Under the pieces are notes generated by a model that searched no databases, was not told where the DNA came from, and was given only the letters and a program-made list of their open reading frames with translations. The position numbers and the translations under genes were made by a program. Below are positions 55,840 to 64,000 of a stretch of DNA of 64,000 bases, piece by piece (the stretch's first letter is position 1; every line of letters begins with the position of its first letter). Source of the DNA: an uncultured virus (IMG/VR IMGVR_UViG_3300010157_000035) (taxonomy: Duplodnaviria; Heunggongvirae; Uroviricota; Caudoviricetes); IMG/VR virus record IMGVR_UViG_3300010157_000035, positions 1 through 64,000 of that record; one strand, 5' to 3'.

Positions 55840-58271
55840 TAGGCACCTAGTATTTGTCTTACTTGATTGACATAAGCACTGACATCGCTGGTGCCAATTT
55901 CATCAACATCGCCTACTCCGTAAGCAACTTCTTCAGCGGCCTGCATGACTTTGTCTGGTCCAAACCGCATCAACAGGTCTGTGTGCGCTACCATGATGCG
56001 ATTGAGAATAGCCCGTTCAACTGCATCACTGGCAGTGCTGGAGCCTTCCGCCATGCCCGGTGTATGTGTGGGTTGTGTCAATTGAGAGAACTCACGCCTG
56101 GCATGTTGTAGGGCATCAACTGCATGAGTTGATGACATTGCCTTTTTTCTTTTGTCAGTCTTTTTCCATGTGACCACGGCTTGACCATTGTCAATACTTT
56201 GTATTTGACCTATCTGCCATGGATTGTCTGGATGTCGTACCCAGTCGCCGCGATAGACGCCTTCCGCCACACCTTGCTGACCATGTTTCTTGAGATCGTT
56301 GGCAAATTGTTTTTTGGTTGCTTTTACGATTCCTGCAAAACGTTTGTCACCACGCTCGTAGTCACCACGCTTGTCAGCAGCACCAGCATCAAGTGCCGAG
56401 GCTGTTTTATATTGTGCCAACTTATCTGTTGACAATTCGTTCAGACTTTCACTCAAGTCTTCATCTGAGAATGCCATAAAGTCATATGGTCCCCACTTTT
56501 GGCCTGTGCGACTGTCTATGGTGTCATCGTGATCACCGTATTCATAATAGTCATCACTGTAGATTTCCACACCGTCAAAGTTGGCATTGTAATCAATATG
56601 CAGTTTACGAGTCTTGCCATCAGGACAAACAACGCCACGATTCAACAAGCGTTCCACGTCCTCTTGACTCTTGATACCTTTTTGCAGGCTACCTGTGTCA
56701 AAGGTGCCATTATACCAGGCCGAAGCCAGGGCCTGGAAATAGTTGCCTGAATCTCCACCTTGCCCAGATGCAAATTCATTTACTGTGGATTCTTCTACAT
56801 CACCCACTGCCTTGGCACGATTGTATTCATCGTAACCGTGATACACTTTGGCTTTTGCTCCAGGAACTCGTGATTGCGGGTTCTGTCTATTAGATACTAT
56901 TTTTGCAATCATTGGGTCAACCGGTTCAGATTTTTTCGTTGGTTCAGATTTTTTATTTGCTATAAAACCCAATAGCCCTTCGTCGGTACCGGTTCTGGTC
57001 AGCACTCCTTTATCGATCATGCGCTTGGCCATGGGCCCTAGGTCTTTTTTGGCAATCGCGGCCTGGGCTCGTCGTACCGGATCGATGTAACTTACGTTGT
57101 CACCCCTGATGCTGGGTGCCGGGCCTTGATCAATGCCTTGAACTTGTCGTGTTTGACCTAAACTTTGAGCCATGCGACCTATTGCATTTGATTTTGATTG
57201 CTGCACGGGTTCGGTTGGCTCAGCAGCCGCTTGTGACTGTGGTTGGCTTGGTGCATCAGCAGGAGCATTTGGGAGAATATCAACCACTCGAGATTGCGGC
57301 GAAACTGATTGTGCTCGACCACTCATCTGTCCAATGGCCTGTGCTAATCGTGCATTGGTTTTCTCTACATGCTTTAACTGTTGATCAAGACGATCATTTT
57401 CATTGTCTAGACTGCCAATTTCGGTACCTTGTTTTCGATCCAGGGCCACCAGTTGTTGTAGCAAGCGGTCTTGTTCGTTGTTGGCACCTTTGATGGCGGC
57501 CAATTGCTGTTGACTGCGCTCATTAGAATCTATTTCACTTTTGGCCACAACTTCTACGTCGCTTCGTGCTGCAGGATATTGGGCACGAAGTTTTTGTAGT
57601 TCTCTAGCAACCTTGACATCGCCAGCAGGTACATCTGTATTACGATCTAATCTTTTTTTTTCTTGCAGTGGCAGTTCGCCTTGTCGAGGTATGCCAGGAA
57701 GTTCGGGTTGAACTGCATCGTGCCATCCTAGTCGTTTCAATATGGTCAACACTTCATCTGCGCTGGGCAACACACGATAGATAAAATGGTTTTTAATTGC
57801 GTCAGTTTTTAATCCATCATAGTAATCGCTGATTAAGTCAACACCTTTTCTGTCCAACACAATGTTGTCGTTGGGATCAGCAAACTCCAGGGTAACTGTA
57901 GGAAGATTGCCCATATTGGCCTTCACAATGCGTTGAAAGTTGCCAACACCAAATGCTCTGGGTGATTGTTTGTAACCGCCGAATGGATCTGTTTCTTCTG
58001 CTACACCTTTGTTTTTTTCTGCCCAGGCCTTTTTCAAGCGTTCTTGTTCGGCACGTAGTCTACGTTGGTCTGGATCCATAAAGTCAGGATCATCTGGATG
58101 ACGTCTCGGTGTAGTGCCGCCGGATGGTTTTGGTCGACGTGATGCGTCTCCAGGACGGTTGTAGTCAATACCGGGCAAATCGTATGGGCCACCTTCGCTG
58201 ACCACTTTGTCTACTGCACCTTCTTTGAGTGCTCGTTCGTACTGTGTGTTGAATAGATCCAATGCAAACAT
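55839..58271 (-). CDS. large modular protein with repeated xxE linkers (putative head-packaged polyprotein)
   Basis: GVAEE, GVAEG, GMAEG, LNELS, VNEFA linkers; coiled-coil segment. Confidence 0.7.
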   Translation of the reverse strand: MFALDLFNTQYERALKEGAVDKVVSEGGPYDLPGIDYNRPGDASRRPKPSGGTTPRRHPDDPDFMDPDQRRLRAEQERLKKAWAEKNKGVAEETDPFGGYKQSPRAFGVGNFQRIVKANMGNLPTVTLEFADPNDNIVLDRKGVDLISDYYDGLKTDAIKNHFIYRVLPSADEVLTILKRLGWHDAVQPELPGIPRQGELPLQEKKRLDRNTDVPAGDVKVARELQKLRAQYPAARSDVEVVAKSEIDSNERSQQQLAAIKGANNEQDRLLQQLVALDRKQGTEIGSLDNENDRLDQQLKHVEKTNARLAQAIGQMSGRAQSVSPQSRVVDILPNAPADAPSQPQSQAAAEPTEPVQQSKSNAIGRMAQSLGQTRQVQGIDQGPAPSIRGDNVSYIDPVRRAQAAIAKKDLGPMAKRMIDKGVLTRTGTDEGLLGFIANKKSEPTKKSEPVDPMIAKIVSNRQNPQSRVPGAKAKVYHGYDEYNRAKAVGDVEESTVNEFASGQGGDSGNYFQALASAWYNGTFDTGSLQKGIKSQEDVERLLNRGVVCPDGKTRKLHIDYNANFDGVEIYSDDYYEYGDHDDTIDSRTGQKWGPYDFMAFSDEDLSESLNELSTDKLAQYKTASALDAGAADKRGDYERGDKRFAGIVKATKKQFANDLKKHGQQGVAEGVYRGDWVRHPDNPWQIGQIQSIDNGQAVVTWKKTDKRKKAMSSTHAVDALQHARREFSQLTQPTHTPGMAEGSSTASDAVERAILNRIMVAHTDLLMRFGPDKVMQAAEEVAYGVGDVDEIGTSDVSAYVNQVRQILGA

Positions 58272-58281
58272 TTCGTTTTCC

Positions 58282-58971
58282 TTATGCTTCGTCGATGTAA
58301 TCTGCTGAGTCGTTTACTTTGCGACGACGTGCTGCAAACATCTCCAAGGCCATTTCGGCCTCATCTAAATTTCTAAAACGTGTGGGCAATCGACGATTGC
58401 CATGACGAATTTCAAACCCGGACTTCTCATTGCCATGCACTTCCCATAGGCCGCATTCGTTGGTAACAGTTTTAACTGGTGCTGATTCTTTCATACTTAC
58501 ACCTGGTTCACCTGCAGGTTGTTGGGCAGGAATCTCACCACTCAATGCTGCACCTATTTCACTGTCAGCTTCTTTGATTTTTTGTTGTTTGGCCACCAGC
58601 GCACGATCTGTTGTGCTTTTTTCTTTTATGTCTGAGTCTTCGTGTTTTTTATCTTTGAGATCTGAGTCTTGACGGATTTCGTCTGACACCGTTTTCAAGT
58701 AATCAGCAAACGAAGATTTGACTCGGTCCAGCACATCCTCGCTGGTAACAGCTTCTTCCAATGGCTCGTCTGGCTCTTCGCCTTCTTCGCAGCCAACTAG
58801 TTTGCCAGCCAAGGGATTCTTAGGATCTGTTTTGGCTGTCAACACTGCCACAGTTTTTGGTTTGAATGTAGCTGAAAGTTGATTGACACTTCGTTGATTC
58901 GTGTTTAGTCCTTCTTCAATTACTCGAAGACGTTCAACAATAGTATAGATATCGTTATGGTCTTGTGTCAC
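58282..58971 (-). CDS. acidic hypothetical protein
   Basis: IEEG, LEEA, IKEA, MKES motifs. Confidence 0.7.
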   Translation of the reverse strand: MTQDHNDIYTIVERLRVIEEGLNTNQRSVNQLSATFKPKTVAVLTAKTDPKNPLAGKLVGCEEGEEPDEPLEEAVTSEDVLDRVKSSFADYLKTVSDEIRQDSDLKDKKHEDSDIKEKSTTDRALVAKQQKIKEADSEIGAALSGEIPAQQPAGEPGVSMKESAPVKTVTNECGLWEVHGNEKSGFEIRHGNRRLPTRFRNLDEAEMALEMFAARRRKVNDSADYIDEA

Positions 58972-58974
58972 GGA

Positions 58975-59415
58975 TCATGCCCTTACTGCCTTTAAATAAC
59001 TCTTGAGCTGCCACATATACTTGCCATGTGCAGCCATTCTGTCTGCGGCAAAGTTAGCAACATCGTCACGACCCTCTTGAGTCGACACGTCAAACGCTTG
59101 TTTGCTCAAGTCTATCATGGTCTGTGTATCTGCGAGTAATTCTTCTAACATCAATCGGGCACGAGGAACTTTGATTTGGTCCTGTATTTGACTTAATTCT
59201 TGGAAGCGACTCAGGCTTCCGGGTGCATATTCTTCTGTGGTACGGATAAATTCAGCAATAGGATCTACTGCTCCAAATGCATCTTCATATATGTTGCTGA
59301 AAAATTCGTGCAATTCACCAAAATCTGGACCCTCCACGTTCCAATGAAACATGTGAGCCTTTAAGTAATAGGCAAATGTTGAGGCCAAGTAAGTTTTTAG
59401 TAAATCAGCTAGCAT
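58975..59415 (-). CDS. dps: Dps / ferritin-like DNA-protecting protein
   Basis: HMFHWNVEG..F..LHEFF, D.IAE, HGKYMWQL. Confidence 0.9.
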   Translation of the reverse strand: MLADLLKTYLASTFAYYLKAHMFHWNVEGPDFGELHEFFSNIYEDAFGAVDPIAEFIRTTEEYAPGSLSRFQELSQIQDQIKVPRARLMLEELLADTQTMIDLSKQAFDVSTQEGRDDVANFAADRMAAHGKYMWQLKSYLKAVRA

Positions 59416-59621
59416 TATTTCTTCCGTTTATACTTTTTATACTCTGCAGGCGTGTTAGGCGTTGCGTCGTCAGTAGTGTATTTAGCACCCGTAAAGAAAT
59501 GGCCACCATTTCTACTAATCATCCCGCCTAGCGGCATGGCTACAGGGGCTATACTACCGCTGACTGTGCTGCCCACAGTAGCACCATCTTCTCGTAAGTT
59601 GACAAATTCATGCAGTCTCAT
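59415..59621 (-). CDS. small protein with capsid-targeting-like N-terminus
   Basis: MRLHEFVNLRE. Confidence 0.65.
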   Translation of the reverse strand: MRLHEFVNLREDGATVGSTVSGSIAPVAMPLGGMISRNGGHFFTGAKYTTDDATPNTPAEYKKYKRKK

Positions 59622-59901
59622 TGCGAATCCTTAGCACATTATTTTTTACATTTGCAGGGCCAAAATCTACCCGCATGTCTGTTACAGCGAGTGTGGCCAA
59701 GTGTGGCGGAACCAATTCATGACGTATGACATACTCACCCGGCTCTGCTTCAATTTGTAACATTTCTTCAAGATAGCAGTCAGTCCAACGCCAGGTTCTT
59801 TCCGCAAATAATTCGTCGTTGACATAGGTGCGATACGTGGGCTCAAAACTTTCCCACTCGCAGTCGATATTATACAACACCCGTATGAATTGCTTGGTCA
59901 T
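59608..59901 (-). CDS. hypothetical protein
   Basis: ATG 4 nt after CTAAATA. Confidence 0.7.
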   Translation of the reverse strand: MTKQFIRVLYNIDCEWESFEPTYRTYVNDELFAERTWRWTDCYLEEMLQIEAEPGEYVIRHELVPPHLATLAVTDMRVDFGPANVKNNVLRIRNETA

Positions 59902-59944
59902 GCTGTATTTAGTGGGAATCGTTATATGTTTTTGTATCGCATTA

Positions 59945-60997
59945 CTACGGTAAGAGTTGTGCAAGATCTACGCGATCATAATCTCTAATTTGAAAATATC
60001 TTTGATTTGCCAACAACAACGCTAGATTATCTTTCCAATGCTGTCGCCACGTGTCTAAATCCATTGCTAATAGTCTATCTATTTCGGCGCTGTATAGTTG
60101 CCATCTTCGTTCTACATCGGGTTCACGATCATACGAGTAGTCTATAAATGCAGGTAATCGGATACCAACGTCTCGCAGTCGTTGTATAAAGTTACACGAG
60201 CTAAATGGTAAAATGAAATGTCCTTTGATCAGGGGATCCCAGGTTTTTTCAGTGATCATAATGGTATTGCCGTATTCAATGGTTTCTCCGTAGATACTTA
60301 CGAATGTATTTTTATAGTATTCAACATGCGGAGGAGAATAACCACGATCGTCCCATTGTGGTTGTGTTGCATTTTCTAACTGGTCGATGTTGGTAAAAGC
60401 ACCTGGAAATTCAGCTTGGCTGTATAAAAACAAACTGGGATCGTCGTCTCGATTGCCGACATAACCTAGCTCGCTGTAATTGCTTATTTTCGACACGAGT
60501 TGACTGCGATATTTTCTTGTACCATTGTATGTTTTTCCAGGCGAAACAAAAATTTTCTTTTTTGCATCAGCTGTGCTTAGTCGTGGTGCCTTGTAGGCGA
60601 TCGCGTCATAGTAATACCATAATTGTGTATCTGGTGAGAATGGATACTGACTGTAATAGGCCTTGGTTCTATTGAACAAAAAGTCATTGAAAATTACATG
60701 ATCATTGTCAATGGTAGGATCCCAACCATTGGTTATTGTCCAGCAGTCTCGACGATTGCATTGTTCTCTAACAAAATCTTCAAAGCCATGAAATATTCTA
60801 AAGTTAAGTTTTTGTCGGTAATTGAATTGAACTGAACTGTTGTAGCTATTTAGAACGAAAAAATCAACAGTTCCTGTATAATCTCTATCTACAAACTCAT
60901 AATCATCACCATTGATATCCCACCACATCTTGATGTCGGTAAGAATGCCACGATCGGGCTTGTGAAAAAGGGTATACTTTGGACGAGCGCCGGTCAT
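59945..60997 (-). CDS. glycosyltransferase-like protein (SIxxET/TEKT family)
   Basis: VSIYGET...ITEKTWDP. Confidence 0.5.
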   Translation of the reverse strand: MTGARPKYTLFHKPDRGILTDIKMWWDINGDDYEFVDRDYTGTVDFFVLNSYNSSVQFNYRQKLNFRIFHGFEDFVREQCNRRDCWTITNGWDPTIDNDHVIFNDFLFNRTKAYYSQYPFSPDTQLWYYYDAIAYKAPRLSTADAKKKIFVSPGKTYNGTRKYRSQLVSKISNYSELGYVGNRDDDPSLFLYSQAEFPGAFTNIDQLENATQPQWDDRGYSPPHVEYYKNTFVSIYGETIEYGNTIMITEKTWDPLIKGHFILPFSSCNFIQRLRDVGIRLPAFIDYSYDREPDVERRWQLYSAEIDRLLAMDLDTWRQHWKDNLALLLANQRYFQIRDYDRVDLAQLLP

Positions 60998-62283
60998 CTT
61001 ATTCGGTATAGTAGATAAACTGTAGTGTTGGCCATGTCACTGCGATCCAATCTATAACCCCAAGACTGAGCATAGCGTTGCACCAAGCGATCATAGAGAT
61101 TGCTTCGGCTCATGGCTTTTTGTCCAGGCTCAACATCTTTGTCGGCCGTGAAACGAATGGTTTCAGGCTGTTCCATTTCTATGAATTGACCAATAGCAGT
61201 CAACACTGTGGCAAACACACGCTGAGCATCACCGGCTCCGGAAATGTCCAAACGATTCCCACGCCAGAATTCAACCATCCAATCTTCATTGTCAGCATAG
61301 TTAGAATCAGTGTAGAAATTGATTGTTAGATTGGTGCCATCTGGCAGTCGCGCCAGGGCATCATATCTACGATCAAGATCGGGATCAAGGTCGTCATTGT
61401 TGTCCCACCTGAAAGCATAAGGTTGGTCAAATGCTTCTGTGACACCTTGTTTCTTCACTGGCCGCCAATGGAACACAGTCATTCCCATGCTGGGATATTC
61501 TTCATGCTGCCATTTTGGTCCCAAGATGTTCTGCACCACAGGAACAAAATATCGGCGATACAGGTTGGCACGGTTGTCACCTTTGGCAGTGAATGATATG
61601 CCAGGTGGCCGGGATTTTGCTATGTATTCGGGCAGTTGTTGCTTAATAATATTGAGAACTGTGCTCAATATGCGAACTGTGCTCTTACTGGCCGAGGTAG
61701 GTTTTTCAGGTGTATCATAGTCGCCATTTACGGCAAATGTAATATGCAAGGTATCATTGAACTCACTGCGGTCAAAGAATACATCCACCCATTGATTGTC
61801 TACTGTGGCGTGAAACAAACTGCGGGATCTTTTTCTATTGGGTTTATAGTCAGCTGGTGCATTGCCTAATTCTGTAAGTTGCTCAATAGGAACCCAGGCC
61901 ATGATATCGGTCTTGTTCAACAGCTCGGCAGCAGCCCAGGCTCTGTGATTGCCATCGATGATCCAACCATCTGAATCTACCACAATGGGTCTGCGATCTA
62001 CAAAGTTTGCGCTGTATTCGCCAGCATGTTCAGGGTCTATCACCTGCACTCGATTGTAAGGATCCGCTTCAGGTTCCTGTTCTTCATCATCATACTCTTG
62101 ATCGGGCAAGTGTAAACTGGACAGTGAAACACGTTGTAGTTCATACTGCGGATAACGCAGGATCAATTTTTTTAAGAACCCGCCGCCCTTTTGATCGTCT
62201 GGGTGTATACCATCTACATAATTCCAAACCTGTTGAGCCGAAGCAGTTTTAACAGATTCAACAACAAACTCATGGGCTTTCAT
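60994..62283 (-). CDS. modular protein: ParB/Srx-like domain plus two related modules
   Basis: MKAHEFVVE N-terminus; IIDGNHR; two FTA...R.NLY modules separated by LTE and VTE. Confidence 0.7.
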   Translation of the reverse strand: MKAHEFVVESVKTASAQQVWNYVDGIHPDDQKGGGFLKKLILRYPQYELQRVSLSSLHLPDQEYDDEEQEPEADPYNRVQVIDPEHAGEYSANFVDRRPIVVDSDGWIIDGNHRAWAAAELLNKTDIMAWVPIEQLTELGNAPADYKPNRKRSRSLFHATVDNQWVDVFFDRSEFNDTLHITFAVNGDYDTPEKPTSASKSTVRILSTVLNIIKQQLPEYIAKSRPPGISFTAKGDNRANLYRRYFVPVVQNILGPKWQHEEYPSMGMTVFHWRPVKKQGVTEAFDQPYAFRWDNNDDLDPDLDRRYDALARLPDGTNLTINFYTDSNYADNEDWMVEFWRGNRLDISGAGDAQRVFATVLTAIGQFIEMEQPETIRFTADKDVEPGQKAMSRSNLYDRLVQRYAQSWGYRLDRSDMANTTVYLLYRIR

Positions 62284-63206
62284 CGTTGTGCTACTTGATA
62301 AGATTTAAATTGGTCTTTGCGTGACTGTAGGCCTTTTGCGGCAGGATTGATAGTTTTAGTTACAGCCGCGGTGTTGCCGAAATCTTTTATTTTTGTAGCA
62401 ACACGATTTTGCCAATACCATACTGCCACTTTGGCAGCAACGTCGGGTCTAGCAGCCAAATCTGGTTGTTGTGCTAATGGCAATCCTAATGCAGCACCAG
62501 CTCTAGTATAATTGTCACGCCCGGTCAATTGTATAAACCCACGTCCTTTGAAACGTTCACCATCACCTTTGACCTTGTTGCCTAGGATCCGTGCCTTGCG
62601 TGGGTTCTGTTCGTACTTTTTAGTAAAGTAAGTTGGACTACCACGTTCTTCCATACTGGCAAAGTTTGCACTTTCATGGGCACATTGTGCCAAAAACTGT
62701 GCCAATTCGGTACCTTTGATTCCGCTGGCCACGGCAACTGCTTTTAATTGATCTACTAGTGAAGATTGTTGTGCAGGTGCCGCTTGTTGTGTTAAGGCAG
62801 CTGGTCGTACCGGTGCAGCTGCTGTTGATTGAGCAGTTGTTGCGGCTGGTGCTTGTGCAACAGGTGCAGTCATTTTTGCATTTGCTGCGCCACCACCTAG
62901 GGCCATTGCTCCAGCCAGTGCAGCACCACCTAGGGCACTTTTCCATCCTTCTTCTAGTTCTTCTAACTCCTCAGCAGGCCAACTGATAAAACTATTGCCG
63001 TTGATGTCGCCGGCTCGCACAACAAACGCACCACCGTTGTCGTATCCTTCGTCTTGGCCAATTTCCCAACCCATTGACGCCAGTGTGCGTTCGGCACGTG
63101 GATCTTCGTCACCTTGCCACCATTGTGCGGCCAGCTGACGTAGGATTTCTTCTTCGTCGGGCTGTCTATCGTCACCACCTGCGGGTGCAAATTCGCGTAG
63201 TCTCAT
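62280..63206 (-). CDS. GH19 lysozyme/chitinase-domain protein
   Basis: FLAQCAHES, FKGRGFIQLTGRDNY, AVWYW, KTIN; MRLREF N-terminus. Confidence 0.85.
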   Translation of the reverse strand: MRLREFAPAGGDDRQPDEEEILRQLAAQWWQGDEDPRAERTLASMGWEIGQDEGYDNGGAFVVRAGDINGNSFISWPAEELEELEEGWKSALGGAALAGAMALGGGAANAKMTAPVAQAPAATTAQSTAAAPVRPAALTQQAAPAQQSSLVDQLKAVAVASGIKGTELAQFLAQCAHESANFASMEERGSPTYFTKKYEQNPRKARILGNKVKGDGERFKGRGFIQLTGRDNYTRAGAALGLPLAQQPDLAARPDVAAKVAVWYWQNRVATKIKDFGNTAAVTKTINPAAKGLQSRKDQFKSYQVAQR

Positions 63207-63989
63207 TTAGCAATTCCATCTACGACGTGCTTTACATATGGCCTTGTCTGGAGTTTTAGCACAGCTGATGTTGTGCATTTTCATTTGACCACGACTGCGA
63301 CTACAATAACTCTTGCGGCGCTTTGATGCTTTACTACCCTTCTTCAACTTTGAAGGCTTGGTAGTCACAGCAGTTTGTAGTTTTGATCCTGGGTGTTCTC
63401 TGCGATATGTTTTAACAGCCTTACGACTCATGCCATCTGTTTTGTCGCGATTGTTGGCTTTTTGCCATGCTTCGGTTTCTGATAGATTTTCTTTGGCAGG
63501 TTCCTGTGTCACAGCAAACACATACAACTCATCATCTGACAAACTTTCTAAATCTTCCCAGATTGCTTCTGCATCTACACCATTGCGATCAGCAAGATCA
63601 GTTATAATGCTTTCTATTAGATCAAACTCTTCAGACAATTCTTGTTGACCCCCGATAGCTTGTAGCATAGCACGAGCAACCACACGATCTTTTTCTTTTT
63701 CATCTTCGGGCAATTGAGCATACTGTTGAGTCATTAGTTTCTGACGCTGTGCTATCTTGGCTTGTAGTTTTTCTGGAGCCATTGTTTTGGAATCATCAAA
63801 CATCTGTGGATTTTTAACAAACGCCTGTGCTGTTACATTCCAACCTTTGTGGATGGCATCGCTAATTGCCTCAATATCTGTAACACCACGATCAATCATT
63901 TGTTTGGCAAAGGACGCAGATTTTAAGTTGGCCTGCCAACCAAATGTATTGCCTGGACTACTACGACCATAACCATATGCTGCATCCAA
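63207..63989 (-). CDS. partial modular protein (RyR-like motif and basic C-terminal module); 5' end probably outside window
   Basis: HKGW...YAQLPEDEKEKDR; LSEE and LSETE linkers. Confidence 0.65.
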   Translation of the reverse strand: MDAAYGYGRSSPGNTFGWQANLKSASFAKQMIDRGVTDIEAISDAIHKGWNVTAQAFVKNPQMFDDSKTMAPEKLQAKIAQRQKLMTQQYAQLPEDEKEKDRVVARAMLQAIGGQQELSEEFDLIESIITDLADRNGVDAEAIWEDLESLSDDELYVFAVTQEPAKENLSETEAWQKANNRDKTDGMSRKAVKTYRREHPGSKLQTAVTTKPSKLKKGSKASKRRKSYCSRSRGQMKMHNISCAKTPDKAICKARRRWNC

Positions 63990-64000
63990 TGCTGCATCAC

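Noticed and set aside
366..63972. Numerous plus-strand ORFs antisense to recognised genes (e.g. 366-1037, 5438-5935, 49176-49616)
   Set aside because: Shadow frames of well-supported minus-strand genes.

Overview
Window from a large dsDNA tailed phage with T4-like (myovirus-like) features; nearly all genes are on the minus strand. Host is probably a proteobacterium: the Bug/TctC, RpoZ-like, CspA and FdxA-like genes hint at Betaproteobacteria (inference). Contents: (i) MoxR-type AAA ATPase and an operon of four 2OG-Fe(II)-like oxygenases, a Bug/TctC binding protein and a PP-loop enzyme around a multi-hairpin, tandem-repeat intergenic region; (ii) 14 tRNAs including an unusual tRNA-Ser(ACT), a ~400-nt hairpin-dense non-coding segment among the tRNAs, and a circularly permuted two-piece tmRNA with a 29-aa tag; (iii) a candidate ribosome-dependent attenuator whose 34-codon leaderless leader peptide contains all 20 amino acids; (iv) a 7-deazaguanine DNA-modification set (folE, queD, queE, a second T-fold protein with an LxxxHRHxF motif, a TGT/DpdA-like protein, no queC in the window) interleaved with nadE, NDP-sugar enzymes, glycosyltransferases and many SGNH-like and radical SAM genes; (v) DNA polymerase B, probable sliding clamp and RNase H/FEN; (vi) a block of proteins with T4 capsid-targeting-like N-termini and repeated xxE linkers that look like protease-processed virion cargo polyproteins (deaminase, ParB-like, GH19 muramidase modules). 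All calls come from reading motifs by eye; no database searches or folding programs were run.
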